64,000 bases of DNA from Candidatus Anaerotignum merdipullorum (GCA_019115165.1 DXEB01000011.1:655-64654), one strand, 5' to 3'. Shown: positions 31,346 through 42,348, counted from the first letter of the stretch. Numbers and translations: made by a program. The notes: a model not told the origin generated them from the letters alone.

Positions 31346-31380
31346 AAAACGGCGCGGGAGCATGGGCCCCGCGCCGTTTT
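31346..31380 (+). terminator. Hairpin between panT and coaX copy 1
   Basis: aaaacggcgcggg / cccgcgccgtttt. Confidence 0.65.
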
Positions 31381-31416
31381 ATCCGACCGGAACGATGCGG
31401 GCAGAGGAGAATATGC

Positions 31417-32193
31417 ATGATATTAGTCATTGATGTAAGCAATACCAATAGTACTTTGGGTGTGTTTGACGGAGAACAGCTGGTAGCAAGCTGGCGGTTA
31501 TCCACGCTGAATAACCGCACTTCCGATGAAACAGGAATGTTGCTGCGTATGTTGTTTGTGCATTCGGAAGTAAATATTACAGAGATCGCTGCTGTTGTCG
31601 TTTCTTCTGTTGTACCCAACGTCATGTATTCGTTGTTAAGCGGCATTCGAAAATATTTGAAACGGGAGCCGATGGTGGTGCGTGCAGGTATGAAGACTGG
31701 CATCAATTTGCGGATGGAAAATCCAAAAGAGATGGGAACTGACCGGATTGTCAATCTGGTGGCGGCATATGAACTATACGGCGGACCGGCAATTGTGATT
31801 GATTATAGTACGGCAACGACATTTGATGTCGTCAGTGAAAGAGGAGAATTTTTGACCGGAATTACGGCGCCAGGCGTTCAGGTCTGTGCGGATGCATTGA
31901 CCCAGCGTGCGGCACAGTTACCGAAAATTGAGATTAAGCGCCCGGATTCGCTGATTACCAAAAACACGGTTGACAGTATCCAAGCAGGATTGGTATTGGG
32001 ACATATTGGAGAAACTAGGTATATCATTGATAAAATCAAGGAAGAACTGCATTTGCCGCAGATGAAGGTGATTGCCACCGGCGGTCTGGCGAAGGTGATT
32101 GATGAAAAGGAAGAAATCTTTGATGTATATGACCCGGTATTGGCGCTTCAGGGGCTGCGCCTGCTGTATGAGAAGAATAAGAACAGGAAATAG
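31417..32193 (+). CDS. coaX: Type III pantothenate kinase paralog 1 (atypical phosphate loops)
   Basis: IDVSNTN, SSVVP, GTDRIVN, IDYSTATTFD, VIATGG. Confidence 0.85.
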   Translation: MILVIDVSNTNSTLGVFDGEQLVASWRLSTLNNRTSDETGMLLRMLFVHSEVNITEIAAVVVSSVVPNVMYSLLSGIRKYLKREPMVVRAGMKTGINLRMENPKEMGTDRIVNLVAAYELYGGPAIVIDYSTATTFDVVSERGEFLTGITAPGVQVCADALTQRAAQLPKIEIKRPDSLITKNTVDSIQAGLVLGHIGETRYIIDKIKEELHLPQMKVIATGGLAKVIDEKEEIFDVYDPVLALQGLRLLYEKNKNRK

Positions 32194-32204
32194 GAGGAAA
32201 CACG

Positions 32205-32972
32205 ATGCTTTTGGTTATTGATGTGGGGAATACCAATTATGTTTTGGGGGTATACCGCGGCAATAAATTGATGAAATGCTGGCGTATGGCAACCGCCGGC
32301 GTCAGAACGGCTGATGAAACGGGCATTTTTATCCATTCCCTGTTTGATGCGTCTGAAGTAAGGGCAAGCAGCATAGATGCGGTCATCATTTCTTCGGTAG
32401 TACCGGATATTATGTATTCTTTGACACAGGGCATTCGGAAGTATTTCCATATTGAACCGATGATTGTCAGCGTAGGCATGAAAACGGGAATTTCCATCAA
32501 ACGGGACAATCCTAAAGGGGTTGGGGCAGACCGAATTGTCAATTTGGTAGCGGCAAATGAAATTTATGGTGGACCAGCAGTGGTCATTGATTACGGAACT
32601 GCGAATACCTTTGATGTAATCAATGGAAAGTCAGAATTTATTACAGGATTGATTACACCGGGGATTACGGTCTGTGCGGACGCATTGACCCAGCGTGCGG
32701 CACAGTTGCCAAAGATAGAAATCAAAAAGCCCAAATCCATCATTGTGAAGAATACAGTTGGCAGCATTCAGGCAGGGCTGGTGTTGGGACATATTGGGCA
32801 AACGATTTATATCATTGAACAGCTGAAAAAGGAATTGGATATGCCAGATATGAAGGTCATTGCCACGGGCGGGCTTGCTAGAGTCATTGATCCGGATCGA
32901 AAGATTTTTGATGTGTTAGACCCGGTGCTGACGCTGAAAGGGCTGAATATCTTGTACCATAAGAATAAATAA
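32205..32972 (+). CDS. coaX: Type III pantothenate kinase paralog 2
   Basis: IDVGNTN, SSVVP, GADRIVN, IDYGTANTFD, VIATGG. Confidence 0.92.
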   Translation: MLLVIDVGNTNYVLGVYRGNKLMKCWRMATAGVRTADETGIFIHSLFDASEVRASSIDAVIISSVVPDIMYSLTQGIRKYFHIEPMIVSVGMKTGISIKRDNPKGVGADRIVNLVAANEIYGGPAVVIDYGTANTFDVINGKSEFITGLITPGITVCADALTQRAAQLPKIEIKKPKSIIVKNTVGSIQAGLVLGHIGQTIYIIEQLKKELDMPDMKVIATGGLARVIDPDRKIFDVLDPVLTLKGLNILYHKNK

Positions 32973-33071
32973 ACCAGGCGGCAGGCAGGCGGAATCGATT
33001 TTGTTTCCAGGCTTGCCTGTTTTTTTGGTCTGGCAGGATAGAAAAAACGGAATGTTTTTGGAGGGAAGCGA

Positions 33072-34043
33072 ATGAAAATTGGAACGGTAACCTTAGAGAA
33101 TAACGTATTTCTGGCACCGATGGCAGGAGTGACAGATTTGCCGTTTCGCATATTATGCAAAGAAATGGGCTGTGGCTTGGTATATTCGGAAATGGTCAGT
33201 GCAAAAGGGATATTATATCACAGTAAAAACACGGAGGAACTGCTTCATGTGGAGGAAGCAGAACGCCCCGTCGCTATACAGCTGTTTGGTTCGGATCCGC
33301 GCATTTTAGGTGAAATGGGAAAGCGAATAGAGTCATATCCTTTTGATATTTTAGATGTGAATATGGGATGCCCGGCGCCCAAAATTGTGAAAAACGGCGA
33401 AGGCAGCGCATTAACCAAAACGCCGGAATTGGTTGGGGAAATTATTCGGGCATTGGTGGAGAGCCAAAAAAAGCCGGTAACAGTGAAATTCCGAAAGGGA
33501 TTTGACGACGACCATATCAATGCAGTCGAAATTGCAAAAATTGCAGAAGCCAATGGCGCATCGGCAGTCGCAGTGCACGGTCGCACCAGAGAGCAGTATT
33601 ACAGTGGGAAGGCAGACTGGGAAATTATTCGTCAGGTAAAAGAAGCGGTGTCTATTCCGGTGATTGGTAATGGAGATGTGTTTACACCGGAGGATGCAAA
33701 AGCGTTGCTGGAAACAACCGGTTGTGATGCAATCATGGTAGGGCGTGGTGCGCAAGGAAATCCGTGGTTGTTTCGTCGGATTCTGCATTACTTGCAGACA
33801 GGAGAATTGTTGGAAGAACCCACAGCACAGGAGCGCGTGGAAAAGGCCCTGCGTCATGCCCGTATGCTGATTGCATACAAAGGTGCGTATATCGGCGTAC
33901 GAGAGATGCGCAAGCATTTGGCGTGGTATATGAAAGGTCTGCCGGGCGCATCAGAGTTGAGAGGAAAGATGAATGCACTGGAGAGCTATGAACAGATGCA
34001 GGCACTGCTGGAGGCGTATCTGGAAAAACGACGCTGCGATTAA
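33072..34043 (+). CDS. dusB: tRNA-dihydrouridine synthase B
   Basis: [24 protein letters not shown]. Confidence 0.95.
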   Translation: MKIGTVTLENNVFLAPMAGVTDLPFRILCKEMGCGLVYSEMVSAKGILYHSKNTEELLHVEEAERPVAIQLFGSDPRILGEMGKRIESYPFDILDVNMGCPAPKIVKNGEGSALTKTPELVGEIIRALVESQKKPVTVKFRKGFDDDHINAVEIAKIAEANGASAVAVHGRTREQYYSGKADWEIIRQVKEAVSIPVIGNGDVFTPEDAKALLETTGCDAIMVGRGAQGNPWLFRRILHYLQTGELLEEPTAQERVEKALRHARMLIAYKGAYIGVREMRKHLAWYMKGLPGASELRGKMNALESYEQMQALLEAYLEKRRCD

Positions 34044-34441
34044 GCAGGAAGAAACAAGTTTTTTGGAGTCATTGGGTGCAGAATTATTTTAGAGATAATG
34101 GGAAAGAAAAAATATTTTCCTGCCGTAAGAGCGCGTAACAGGGAGAAAATAAGGCGAGTATGGTGACAGTATCTTATCAGTTTCTTTGGAATGATCGAAG
34201 CAAGCATGGGAAATTACGGACAGATGCAGGTTAGGGATGTTTGGACGGAGAAAGAGAGCGTTATCGTCCCAATGAGATGTATGGCACGTGGTAGACAGGT
34301 GCTTTGTTGGGTTATGTATTGTTCCGGGATGAGCAGATGCCAATACAGAAAAATATAAGCAAGGAGCGGATATTACAAAAAGTGACGGATATGGCTATGT
34401 TCGGTTCAGATGTATCGGAGGTAGAAGGGTAGTAATCGGAG

Positions 34442-34485
34442 AAAAAAGATGCGGGCAAGAGATTCCTCAAGCTCGCATCTTTTTT
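34442..34485. terminator. Bidirectional terminator
   Basis: aaaaaagatgcgggc / gctcgcatcttttt. Confidence 0.75.
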
Positions 34486-34540
34486 GGTATATATGCAGTA
34501 TGCACGATGAAAACATACTGCCAACAAGGATAGGGAGATG

Positions 34541-36655
34541 TTATCTATGGAAAATCCGATGGCACAGCTTAGAAAGAAAGGTTTCTTTCTGTGGGGTGTC
34601 ATCAGATGGAGTTGTCTGTGCTTCTGCTTCTTTCATCAGCAGGAGTTGACTATCAACTGGTACGGCTGTTGCCGGTTTTTTGACGTACCTGCCATCTGCA
34701 CACAGAATACGCGCTTTGACGCTGTCTGCACAAGATGCATCCATGATATGATGGATTTGCTCCTGAATTTGTGGGTTGTAAACCGGACAGGCAACTTCTA
34801 CCCGGCGCTCTGTATTTCGGGTCATGAAATCGGCGGAGGATAGATACATTTTTTCGTTTTTCCCAGTGCCAAAGCAATAAATACGGGAATGTTCCAAAAA
34901 TCGCCCAACCACGTTAAATACCTGGATGTTTTCTGTCTTGCCGGGTACCTGTGGCAACAGGCAGCATATGCCGCGAATCATCATTTGAATGCGGACGCCA
35001 GCACAGGACGCTTCTTTCAGCCGCTCTATGATGTCAATGTCCGTCAGGGAATTCAGCTTTAAGAAAATACGCCCGTTTTCTCCTTTGGCAATTTCTTCGT
35101 CAATCAGCTGCAAAATAGTGCTTTTTAAGCTGACAGGCGCTACCAGCAAATATTGATAGTTGCCCATGAGGTTTCCAATACCCATATTCTGGAAGAAAAT
35201 ATTGGCATCCTGCCCAATTTTTTGATCGGCAGTCATCAGAGATAAATCGGTGTACATAGCAGCTGTTTTTTCATTGTAATTTCCGGTGCCGATTTGTGTG
35301 ATATATCGAATTTCCCCACGTTCCTTTTTGGTAATGAGGCAAAGTTTGGAATGCACTTTATAATTTTCCAGACCATAAATAATGGTACAGCCAGCTTCTT
35401 CTAAGCGCTCGGACCAGTCGATGTTGTTCTGTTCGTCAAAGCGTGCCCGCAGTTCGATCAGGACGGTAACATCTTTGCCATTTTCTGCCGCATTGCAGAG
35501 ATATTCTACTAATTTGGTTTTACGCGCCAAACGATAGATGGTGATTTTGATGGAAATCACGGTCGGGTCATTGGAGGCTTCTTTGATCATTTGTAAAAAT
35601 GGCTCCATGCTTTCATAAGGATAGGAAAGCAGAAGATCCTCTTTCTGTACCTGCCGTAAGATGCTTTCGTTTTTATGGATACGAGCGGGATACTGGGGTT
35701 TGAATTCCGGGTAGGTCAACGCTTTGCGTTTTGCCTCTGGTAATTTATCTGCCAGGGAATAGACATAGTCCATAGTCATGGGAGAAACGGTAATATAAAT
35801 CATGGAAGGTGTCAGCGTCAGATGCTCGCAAAGATAAGAGAGAAATCGGTCGCTGAGAGATGCAGAAACTTCCAAACGTACCGGCGCCAGTCGACGGCGT
35901 TGTCCCAAGACTTTCTTCATTTTATTGCGAAAGTCGTTGCCTACGTCAAACGCTTCGTCATCGGGATTGATGTCTGCATTTCTGGTGACACAGATGCAGG
36001 CTTTTTCATCGATGACATAGTTCTCGAATACTAAGTGCAGAAATTCTAAGATAATATGCTCCATACGGATATATCGCAATTCATGCCCTGGTAGAAACAG
36101 CAGATCCGGCAGGGCAAGAGGAACGGGAATGACTGCAAAGGAATATTTATTTTTTAGTTTCAGCATAGCGCAGACATGAATGACTTTGTTCTGCAAGTGC
36201 GGAAATGGATGATGTGTATCTATAATCTGCGGCGAGAGAATCGGTAAAATGGAAGACTTGAAATATTGTTTGACATATTTCTGTTCCACCGGTTCCAATT
36301 CTGCATAGGTGAGATGGGAAACACCATGTGCCCGCAGCTGTGTTTCGATGCTTTGAAAGAGAATATCGCGTTTTTCACAAAGGGGGCGCACTTCCCGATA
36401 GATACATTCCAATTGCTGTTGGGGCGTCATGCCGGATTTATTGTCGATAGCATGCGCTTTGACGTGCATCATATCAAACAGGCTGCCAACACGGATCATA
36501 AAGAATTCATCCAGATTGCTGGAAAAGATAGCCAGAAATTTCAGGCGCTCCAATAACGGGAGTGTTTCATCCGTCGCCTCGCTCAATACGCGATCATTGA
36601 ATTTGAGCCAGGATAATTCACGATTCTGCGTAAAGGTATAAGACTTAGCGTCCAT
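34541..36655 (-). CDS. ppk1: Polyphosphate kinase 1
   Basis: NRELSWL, SNLDEFFMIRVG, HPFP, ELRARFDE, KVHSK, GTGNYNE, GRFLEHSR. Confidence 0.96.
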   Translation of the reverse strand: MDAKSYTFTQNRELSWLKFNDRVLSEATDETLPLLERLKFLAIFSSNLDEFFMIRVGSLFDMMHVKAHAIDNKSGMTPQQQLECIYREVRPLCEKRDILFQSIETQLRAHGVSHLTYAELEPVEQKYVKQYFKSSILPILSPQIIDTHHPFPHLQNKVIHVCAMLKLKNKYSFAVIPVPLALPDLLFLPGHELRYIRMEHIILEFLHLVFENYVIDEKACICVTRNADINPDDEAFDVGNDFRNKMKKVLGQRRRLAPVRLEVSASLSDRFLSYLCEHLTLTPSMIYITVSPMTMDYVYSLADKLPEAKRKALTYPEFKPQYPARIHKNESILRQVQKEDLLLSYPYESMEPFLQMIKEASNDPTVISIKITIYRLARKTKLVEYLCNAAENGKDVTVLIELRARFDEQNNIDWSERLEEAGCTIIYGLENYKVHSKLCLITKKERGEIRYITQIGTGNYNEKTAAMYTDLSLMTADQKIGQDANIFFQNMGIGNLMGNYQYLLVAPVSLKSTILQLIDEEIAKGENGRIFLKLNSLTDIDIIERLKEASCAGVRIQMMIRGICCLLPQVPGKTENIQVFNVVGRFLEHSRIYCFGTGKNEKMYLSSADFMTRNTERRVEVACPVYNPQIQEQIHHIMDASCADSVKARILCADGRYVKKPATAVPVDSQLLLMKEAEAQTTPSDDTPQKETFLSKLCHRIFHR

Positions 36656-37565
36656 GCAATTTCCCCCTCTGTTCCAGTAGATAGTATAGATATCCTTCTC
36701 TGACACCATATGGTACAGTTGTAATTTTTGTGATGCCGTAAAAATCTGCAATGGTATATAATACTGCCGCACCGGGCAAAAACGTATGGATACGATCCGG
36801 TGCTGTTTTCAATAGTTGTTTGATAAAAATATCCGGTGTATGCACGGCACTGTCTAAGATTTCGCGCAAATCCGCCGGTACATAAGACGCAATGGACATT
36901 TCCGGTTTTTTCTGGAATGCCTGCACCATCTTTAAGGCGGCACGGGCAGTACCCCCGACTGCACATAGATCAGATGGTGCTGCCTTTGGCGGCGGAAGCT
37001 CCTGTAATTTTTTGCGCATTTCTTTTTGGATTTGCTGCAGTTCTGATTTTCTGGCAATCAGATGATTTTTTACATATTGCTGATATAAATTCAAAGAGCC
37101 CGTGGGCAATGAAGTTGCCGTTTGTATGGCATGCTGTCGGTAAAATACCAATTCGGTACTGCCGCCGCCAATGTCCGTCAGCAGTCCATGCTCCATATCC
37201 ATGACCTGTAGGGCACCATAGTAGTCGAAAATGGCTTCTTCCTCACCGGATAAAATGCGAACATCAAATCCGCAATTTTCCTTGATGGCTTCCAGCACTT
37301 CCGGTGCATTGTTGATGTTTCGCAGGGAAGCGGTGGCAAACGGGAATACTTCCTGAATGGTCATATGATCCAAAATTTCACGGAATTCGCTGAGTACGGA
37401 AACAGCTTTGCGGATTCCGCTTTTTTTCAAGCAACGATCTTTATTCAGATATCCTGCCAGACCGGCAGGGCTTTTTTTATTAAGCAAAGATTTGATCTGA
37501 TTCTGTTCTATTTTATAAAGCACCAAGCGAATGGTGTTGGAACCAATGTCAATGACTGCGTACAC
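36645..37565 (-). CDS. ppx: Exopolyphosphatase (Ppx/GppA family)
   Basis: IDIGSNTIRL, ATASLRN, LSGEEEA, DIGGGSTE, GVREG; GTG start. Confidence 0.93.
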   Translation of the reverse strand: MYAVIDIGSNTIRLVLYKIEQNQIKSLLNKKSPAGLAGYLNKDRCLKKSGIRKAVSVLSEFREILDHMTIQEVFPFATASLRNINNAPEVLEAIKENCGFDVRILSGEEEAIFDYYGALQVMDMEHGLLTDIGGGSTELVFYRQHAIQTATSLPTGSLNLYQQYVKNHLIARKSELQQIQKEMRKKLQELPPPKAAPSDLCAVGGTARAALKMVQAFQKKPEMSIASYVPADLREILDSAVHTPDIFIKQLLKTAPDRIHTFLPGAAVLYTIADFYGITKITTVPYGVREGYLYYLLEQRGKLHGR

Positions 37566-37636
37566 AATTTTCCCTCTTTTTCTTCTTTTTCTGACGTCAT
37601 GTTACTCGTTTTTTATAAAATTAGCCTGCGGAGTTT

Positions 37637-37653
37637 TGTTAAATGTTTGTAAA
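37637..37653 (-). promoter_or_regulatory. PhoP-type (Pho box) direct repeat upstream of ppx-ppk1
   Basis: TTTACA-N5-TTAACA on minus strand, 11-bp period. Confidence 0.6.
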
Positions 37654-37661
37654 ATGTGGAT

Positions 37662-37696
37662 GCGGCATACCTGCAAGCGGTTGCTAGGTATGCCGC
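37662..37696 (-). terminator. Hairpin after the nim-like gene
   Basis: gcggcatacct / aggtatgccgc. Confidence 0.6.
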
Positions 37697-37713
37697 TGTT
37701 TCTGGAGGAAAAC

Positions 37714-38196
37714 TTAAGGTTTTCGATTGGCTTTCCCGCAGAGTTGATGGATTTCCATGCGTACTACAGAGGTTTGCTTCCAGTATTTTTCCATGTAGGC
37801 ATCAATGGCTTCTGCTGTATGAGGCGTATAGCGTTGGCACAGCAGGCGCAGTGCATGCCGTTTTTCTTCTTCATCCGTAACGAAAGCGGCGCTGCCTTCG
37901 GCAATTGCACTGGCATAGCGTGTGGTGAATGCTTCGCCATCCGGCTCGCTAAAGGAGACAAATGTCATGCAGGCATTTGCGTTTTGTGCTAAATTTTCCA
38001 TTTTTCTGCCATTATTGGCGCAGTGGAAATAGATGTGATCTTCTTCCACAACTGGAGAAATTGGCACACCGTAAGGAAATCCATCCGCATCTGCAGTGGA
38101 AAATACGGCATAAGTGCATGTTTCCATAATTTTTTTGGTATCCGTTGGATCGATCATACGATCTTTGCGTCGTAAATGGGTTTCTTTGGTACTCAT
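37714..38196 (-). CDS. Pyridoxamine 5'-phosphate oxidase family, Nim-like
   Basis: LRRKDR, PYGVPIS, IYFHCANNGRK, FTTRYASAIAEG. Confidence 0.8.
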   Translation of the reverse strand: MSTKETHLRRKDRMIDPTDTKKIMETCTYAVFSTADADGFPYGVPISPVVEEDHIYFHCANNGRKMENLAQNANACMTFVSFSEPDGEAFTTRYASAIAEGSAAFVTDEEEKRHALRLLCQRYTPHTAEAIDAYMEKYWKQTSVVRMEIHQLCGKANRKP

Positions 38197-38294
38197 TGGA
38201 ATCCTCCCTTTCATCTTTGTTTGTCGTGTTTTTTCTATTGTACCACATTTTGTGTGGATGAAAGAGAAAATTTTGTCTGTGAAAAATTTTTTTC

Positions 38295-38355
38295 TTTACA
38301 GATCCATTTGTCTGTGCTATACTGAAGCCATCCAAATAATACCCCACAGGGGTGT
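38295..38355 (+). promoter_or_regulatory. csoR-copA promoter with CsoR operator
   Basis: TTTACA-N17-(TGn)TATACT then TACCCC-ACA-GGGGT. Confidence 0.8.
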
Positions 38356-38369
38356 AGGGAGAGGGACAT

Positions 38370-38630
38370 ATGAAAGCAGATAAAGCAAAAATCAATCGAT
38401 TGCTGAAAACGGCCAGAGGACAGCTAGACGGCATTTTGAAGATGGTAGAAGAGGATCGATATTGTATGGATATTTCCTACCAGTTGATGGCGACAGAAGC
38501 GATTTTAAATAAAGCCAACAAAGAAATTCTGACAGCACATCTGAAAAGCTGTGTCACTGGAGCGAAAACGGATGCGGAACGGGAAGAAAAAGTGGATGAA
38601 TTGGTGGCGATGCTGGGTAAAATACTGTAA
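38370..38630 (+). CDS. csoR: Copper-sensing repressor
   Basis: [17 protein letters not shown] (Cys-His-Cys ligands). Confidence 0.9.
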   Translation: MKADKAKINRLLKTARGQLDGILKMVEEDRYCMDISYQLMATEAILNKANKEILTAHLKSCVTGAKTDAEREEKVDELVAMLGKIL

Positions 38631-38650
38631 AAAAGGAGGAGGCGGAAGAG

Positions 38651-41179
38651 ATGAAACAAAAATTTGATGTAACGGGCATGACCTGCTCAGCGTGTTCCGC
38701 CCATGTGGAGAAAAGCGTACGCAAATTAGAAGGCATTGCGGATGTGAATGTGAATTTACTGCAAAACAGTATGGTGGTGGAATACGACGCTGGGCGGCTG
38801 CAGGAGGCAGATATCATTCGTGCAGTGGAAAGCGGTGGTTATGGTGCTTCGGTGCATGGACAAACGCAGGCTGCAGCTGCGCCGACAAACGTTGCGGCAG
38901 AAGAAATGCAGCAAATGAAGCGGCGGCTGATTGCATCCTTTTGTTTTTTGATCCCATTGTTTTATCTCTCTATGGGGCATATGATGGGCGCACCGCTCCC
39001 GTCTGTGCTGCTCGGAGAGGAACATGTGATGATTTTTGCACTGACACAGCTATTGTTGACATTGCCGGTGCTGATGATCAATCGAAAATATTTTGTGGTA
39101 GGGTTCCGAGCCTTGTGGAACCGTGCGCCGAATATGGACTCCCTGATTGCGTTGGGTGCGGCGGCATCCGTGGTATACAGCATCTTTGCGATGTATGCGA
39201 TGGCGTATGCTATGGGGCATGGCGATTACATGACGGCACATCATTACGGTATGGAGCTGTATTTTGAGTCGGCAGCAATGATTTTAACACTGATTACCGT
39301 AGGGAAATATATGGAGACCCGTTCCAAAGGGAAAACATCAGAAGCGATCAGCAAACTGATGGATCTAGCCCCCAAAACGGCTACTGTCCTGCGGGATGGT
39401 GCAGAAGAGGAAGTTCCTGTGGAACAGGTAATGGTTGGAGATACTGTCATTGTGCGACCCGGTCAACGAATACCAGTGGACGGAAAGATTATGGAAGGAT
39501 TTTCAGCAGTAGATGAAAGTGCAATTACTGGAGAAAGTATTCCGGTAGAAAAACAAGTCGGCGATACTGTCATTGGAGCAACGGTCAATAAGAGCGGATA
39601 TTTCCGTATGACTGCAACCCGTGTTGGCAGTGATACCACATTAAGTCAGATCATTGCGCTGGTGGAAGAAGCAGGAGCGTCGAAAGCGCCAATTGCAAAA
39701 CTGGCAGATCGAGTCAGTGGTGTATTTGTACCGGTGGTGATCGCCATCGCAGTGTTGGCGGCGGTGATTTGGTATGTTGCAGGAGAACAGTCATTCTCCT
39801 TTGCATTGTCCATTGGGATTGCAGTTCTGGTGATTTCCTGCCCCTGCGCCCTTGGCTTGGCGACGCCCACAGCAATCATGGTGGGAACGGGAAAAGGCGC
39901 GGAGTACGGCATTTTAGTCAAATCTGCGGAAAGTTTAGAGATTGCTCATCAAGTGCAAACAGTAGTGCTGGATAAAACCGGTACACTAACGGAAGGCAAA
40001 CCAATCGTAACCGATGTCGTACTGGCAAAAGGCGTTCTACGAAACCATTTGCTTCGACAAGCAGCGGCAGTGGAAGCGCTTTCGGAACATCCGTTGGCAG
40101 AAGCGATTGTTTCCTATGCCAAAGAAAAAGAGATTTCCATTGATACAGCAGACCATTTGGTGGCTACCGCAGGGCAAGGCGTGGAAGCGGATGTGAATGG
40201 CAAGCATATTTTGGCAGGCAATCGCAAAATGATGCAGGAAAGAGGCATTGCCATTGACGAATGGGAAGAACAAGCGGCGGCATTGGCGCAAGCAGGCAAA
40301 ACGCCATTGTTTTTTGCAGAAGATGGTGTTTTTTTGGGAATGCTGGCATTGGCGGATACGTTGAAGCCTACCAGTAAGGCGGCAGTAGATGCATTTCATC
40401 AAATGGGTATTGATGTTGTAATGTTGACGGGGGATAATCGTCGAACCGCACAGGCGATTGCTGCAGAATTGGGCATTACCGCTGTGGCAGAAGTACTGCC
40501 GCAAGACAAAGAACGGGAAGTGCGCCGTTTGCAGGAAAGCGGCAAGAAAGTCGCCATGGTTGGGGATGGTATCAACGATGCACCGGCGCTGATGCGTGCA
40601 GACGTAGGGATTGCCATTGGCGCTGGAACGGATGTGGCAATGGAATCGGCGGATATCGTTTTGATGAAAAGTGATTTGATGGATGCGGTGACTGCGGTAG
40701 AATTGAGTCATGCGACCATTCGAAATATCAAACAAAATCTGTTTTGGGCGTTTTTCTATAATGCTTGCGGTATTCCCTTGGCGGCGGGTGTCTTTTATCC
40801 ATTGCTGGAATGGAAGCTCAACCCCATGTTTGCCGCAGCAGCAATGAGTTTTAGTTCAGCTTTTGTCGTAGGGAACGCACTGCGGCTCAAGTTGTTCCGT
40901 CCCAAATACGAAAAGCAGCCGGCGGAAGAAGAAGGACCGAAACAGATGATAGAACCAAAGGAGGAAACAGGGATGAAAAAAGTATTGAAAATCGAAGGAA
41001 TGATGTGCAATCATTGCACAGGCAGAGTGGAAAAGGCGTTAAACGAGATGGACGGTGTATCTGCAGAAGTGAGTCTGGAAGGCAAGAGTGCAACGGTGAC
41101 GTTATCTAAAGATGTTAGTGATGATGCTTTGGTACAGGCAGTCACCGATGCAGGCTATGAAGTGGTAGAGATTCAGTAA
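38651..41179 (+). CDS. copA: Copper-translocating P1B-type ATPase with N- and C-terminal HMA domains
   Basis: [50 protein letters not shown]. Confidence 0.96.
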   Translation: MKQKFDVTGMTCSACSAHVEKSVRKLEGIADVNVNLLQNSMVVEYDAGRLQEADIIRAVESGGYGASVHGQTQAAAAPTNVAAEEMQQMKRRLIASFCFLIPLFYLSMGHMMGAPLPSVLLGEEHVMIFALTQLLLTLPVLMINRKYFVVGFRALWNRAPNMDSLIALGAAASVVYSIFAMYAMAYAMGHGDYMTAHHYGMELYFESAAMILTLITVGKYMETRSKGKTSEAISKLMDLAPKTATVLRDGAEEEVPVEQVMVGDTVIVRPGQRIPVDGKIMEGFSAVDESAITGESIPVEKQVGDTVIGATVNKSGYFRMTATRVGSDTTLSQIIALVEEAGASKAPIAKLADRVSGVFVPVVIAIAVLAAVIWYVAGEQSFSFALSIGIAVLVISCPCALGLATPTAIMVGTGKGAEYGILVKSAESLEIAHQVQTVVLDKTGTLTEGKPIVTDVVLAKGVLRNHLLRQAAAVEALSEHPLAEAIVSYAKEKEISIDTADHLVATAGQGVEADVNGKHILAGNRKMMQERGIAIDEWEEQAAALAQAGKTPLFFAEDGVFLGMLALADTLKPTSKAAVDAFHQMGIDVVMLTGDNRRTAQAIAAELGITAVAEVLPQDKEREVRRLQESGKKVAMVGDGINDAPALMRADVGIAIGAGTDVAMESADIVLMKSDLMDAVTAVELSHATIRNIKQNLFWAFFYNACGIPLAAGVFYPLLEWKLNPMFAAAAMSFSSAFVVGNALRLKLFRPKYEKQPAEEEGPKQMIEPKEETGMKKVLKIEGMMCNHCTGRVEKALNEMDGVSAEVSLEGKSATVTLSKDVSDDALVQAVTDAGYEVVEIQ

Positions 41180-41191
41180 ACAACAATGTTT

Positions 41192-41220
41192 GCAGCATGG
41201 GAAGTTCTCATGCTGCTTTT
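41192..41220 (+). terminator. Terminator of copA
   Basis: gcagcatggg / ctcatgctgc plus TTTT. Confidence 0.75.
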
Positions 41221-41737
41221 CTGTTTTGCAACATGTAGCTTATGCCAAAGGAACAAACGGCAGATATGCAGAGCAGAAAGAATGTGTATTTCTGCCAAAA
41301 CAGTCGACATGTATAAATAAGCTTCAAAGAAGTATGGGAAGCAGCAGAATTATTGTCGAGATTTTTGGCTGGAAGCAGTTTCGTCGGTGAATTGCCGGTT
41401 ATTGTTTTGCCGTTTTCGTTTTTGAAGCAAGTGGAGTATGGAGAGTGCACATTTGAGATTCTATTGGTATCAACAGAGGAGAAAAGAGACCGTTGTCTGG
41501 CAGGATAAAGGAATTCCGGTGTTTGAATACAAAGAATATTCTTGGTTTTTGTGACGGCAGTGTAGGATGATTGGTAAAAGGAATGACTGAATGATGGAAG
41601 TATGGTTTGCAGATCGGAATTGTCATGCCAGTACATGCGGTAAGAGAGATGGAATCGTCAGAATATGAAGGAAAAGATGTCGCGGTCTTTGGAATGGCGA
41701 TAAAATAAAGATATGCAGATAAAAAGGAGAAAACAAA

Positions 41738-42070
41738 ATGAAGACTACGCTCCATCTCTATGATACTGAACAAAAGGTGCGGCAAAACAGTTTGCGGAAG
41801 GAATGACGTCTAGTGGAATGGTCGGGGAGATTCACGCTGGAACAGGAAACTTGCGGTATGAATATTAATTTCCTATGGATGACAGAGAAACTGTACTTTT
41901 GATAGATAGCTGGGCAGAACGGCAGTTTCTGGAGGTGCATCATGCTTCGCCTATGATGGAAACAATGCAGGAACTAAGAAAAAAATATGATTTGCAAATG
42001 AAGGTGGAGCGGTATCGTTCTGGGGAAACGCGGGCAATGGCAAAGGGGGAATCGTTTATCAGGAAATACA
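41738..42070 (+). pseudogene. Degraded antibiotic-biosynthesis-monooxygenase (ABM) family gene
   Basis: AAGGAG + ATG 41738, frameshift near 41776, AKQFAEGMTSSG...GNLRYEY, in-frame TAA at 41866, then ETVLLIDSW...HHASPMM...KYDLQMKVERY. Confidence 0.8.
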
Positions 42071-42348
42071 GAATTGACGCAATGGCAAAGGCAGATGTGT
42101 CAGGAACCGAAATATGGAAATGCGAAAAAGAGTGGTGTACAGGCAAAGATGCTTGAGATGTTTGCATCCGGCGGCTGGAAAAGATGGCAAAGCGGGGGAT
42201 TTCCAGAGCACAGAGGTCTGGAACAATGACGGCATCCGGCGAAACTGTTCAGGCTCAACCGGATGCGTCAAGCGGAATCAACGATAGGGGATAGGGAAAT
42301 CAGATGTGATATTGTAACATCGTACCCTATGGGTGAGGAGTGTCCGGT

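Noticed and set aside
42227-42271. Inverted repeat gacggcatccgg / ccggatgcgtc as a REP or MITE
   Set aside because: I saw a single copy in the window; it lies downstream of the alkD-like stop and is probably terminator-related.
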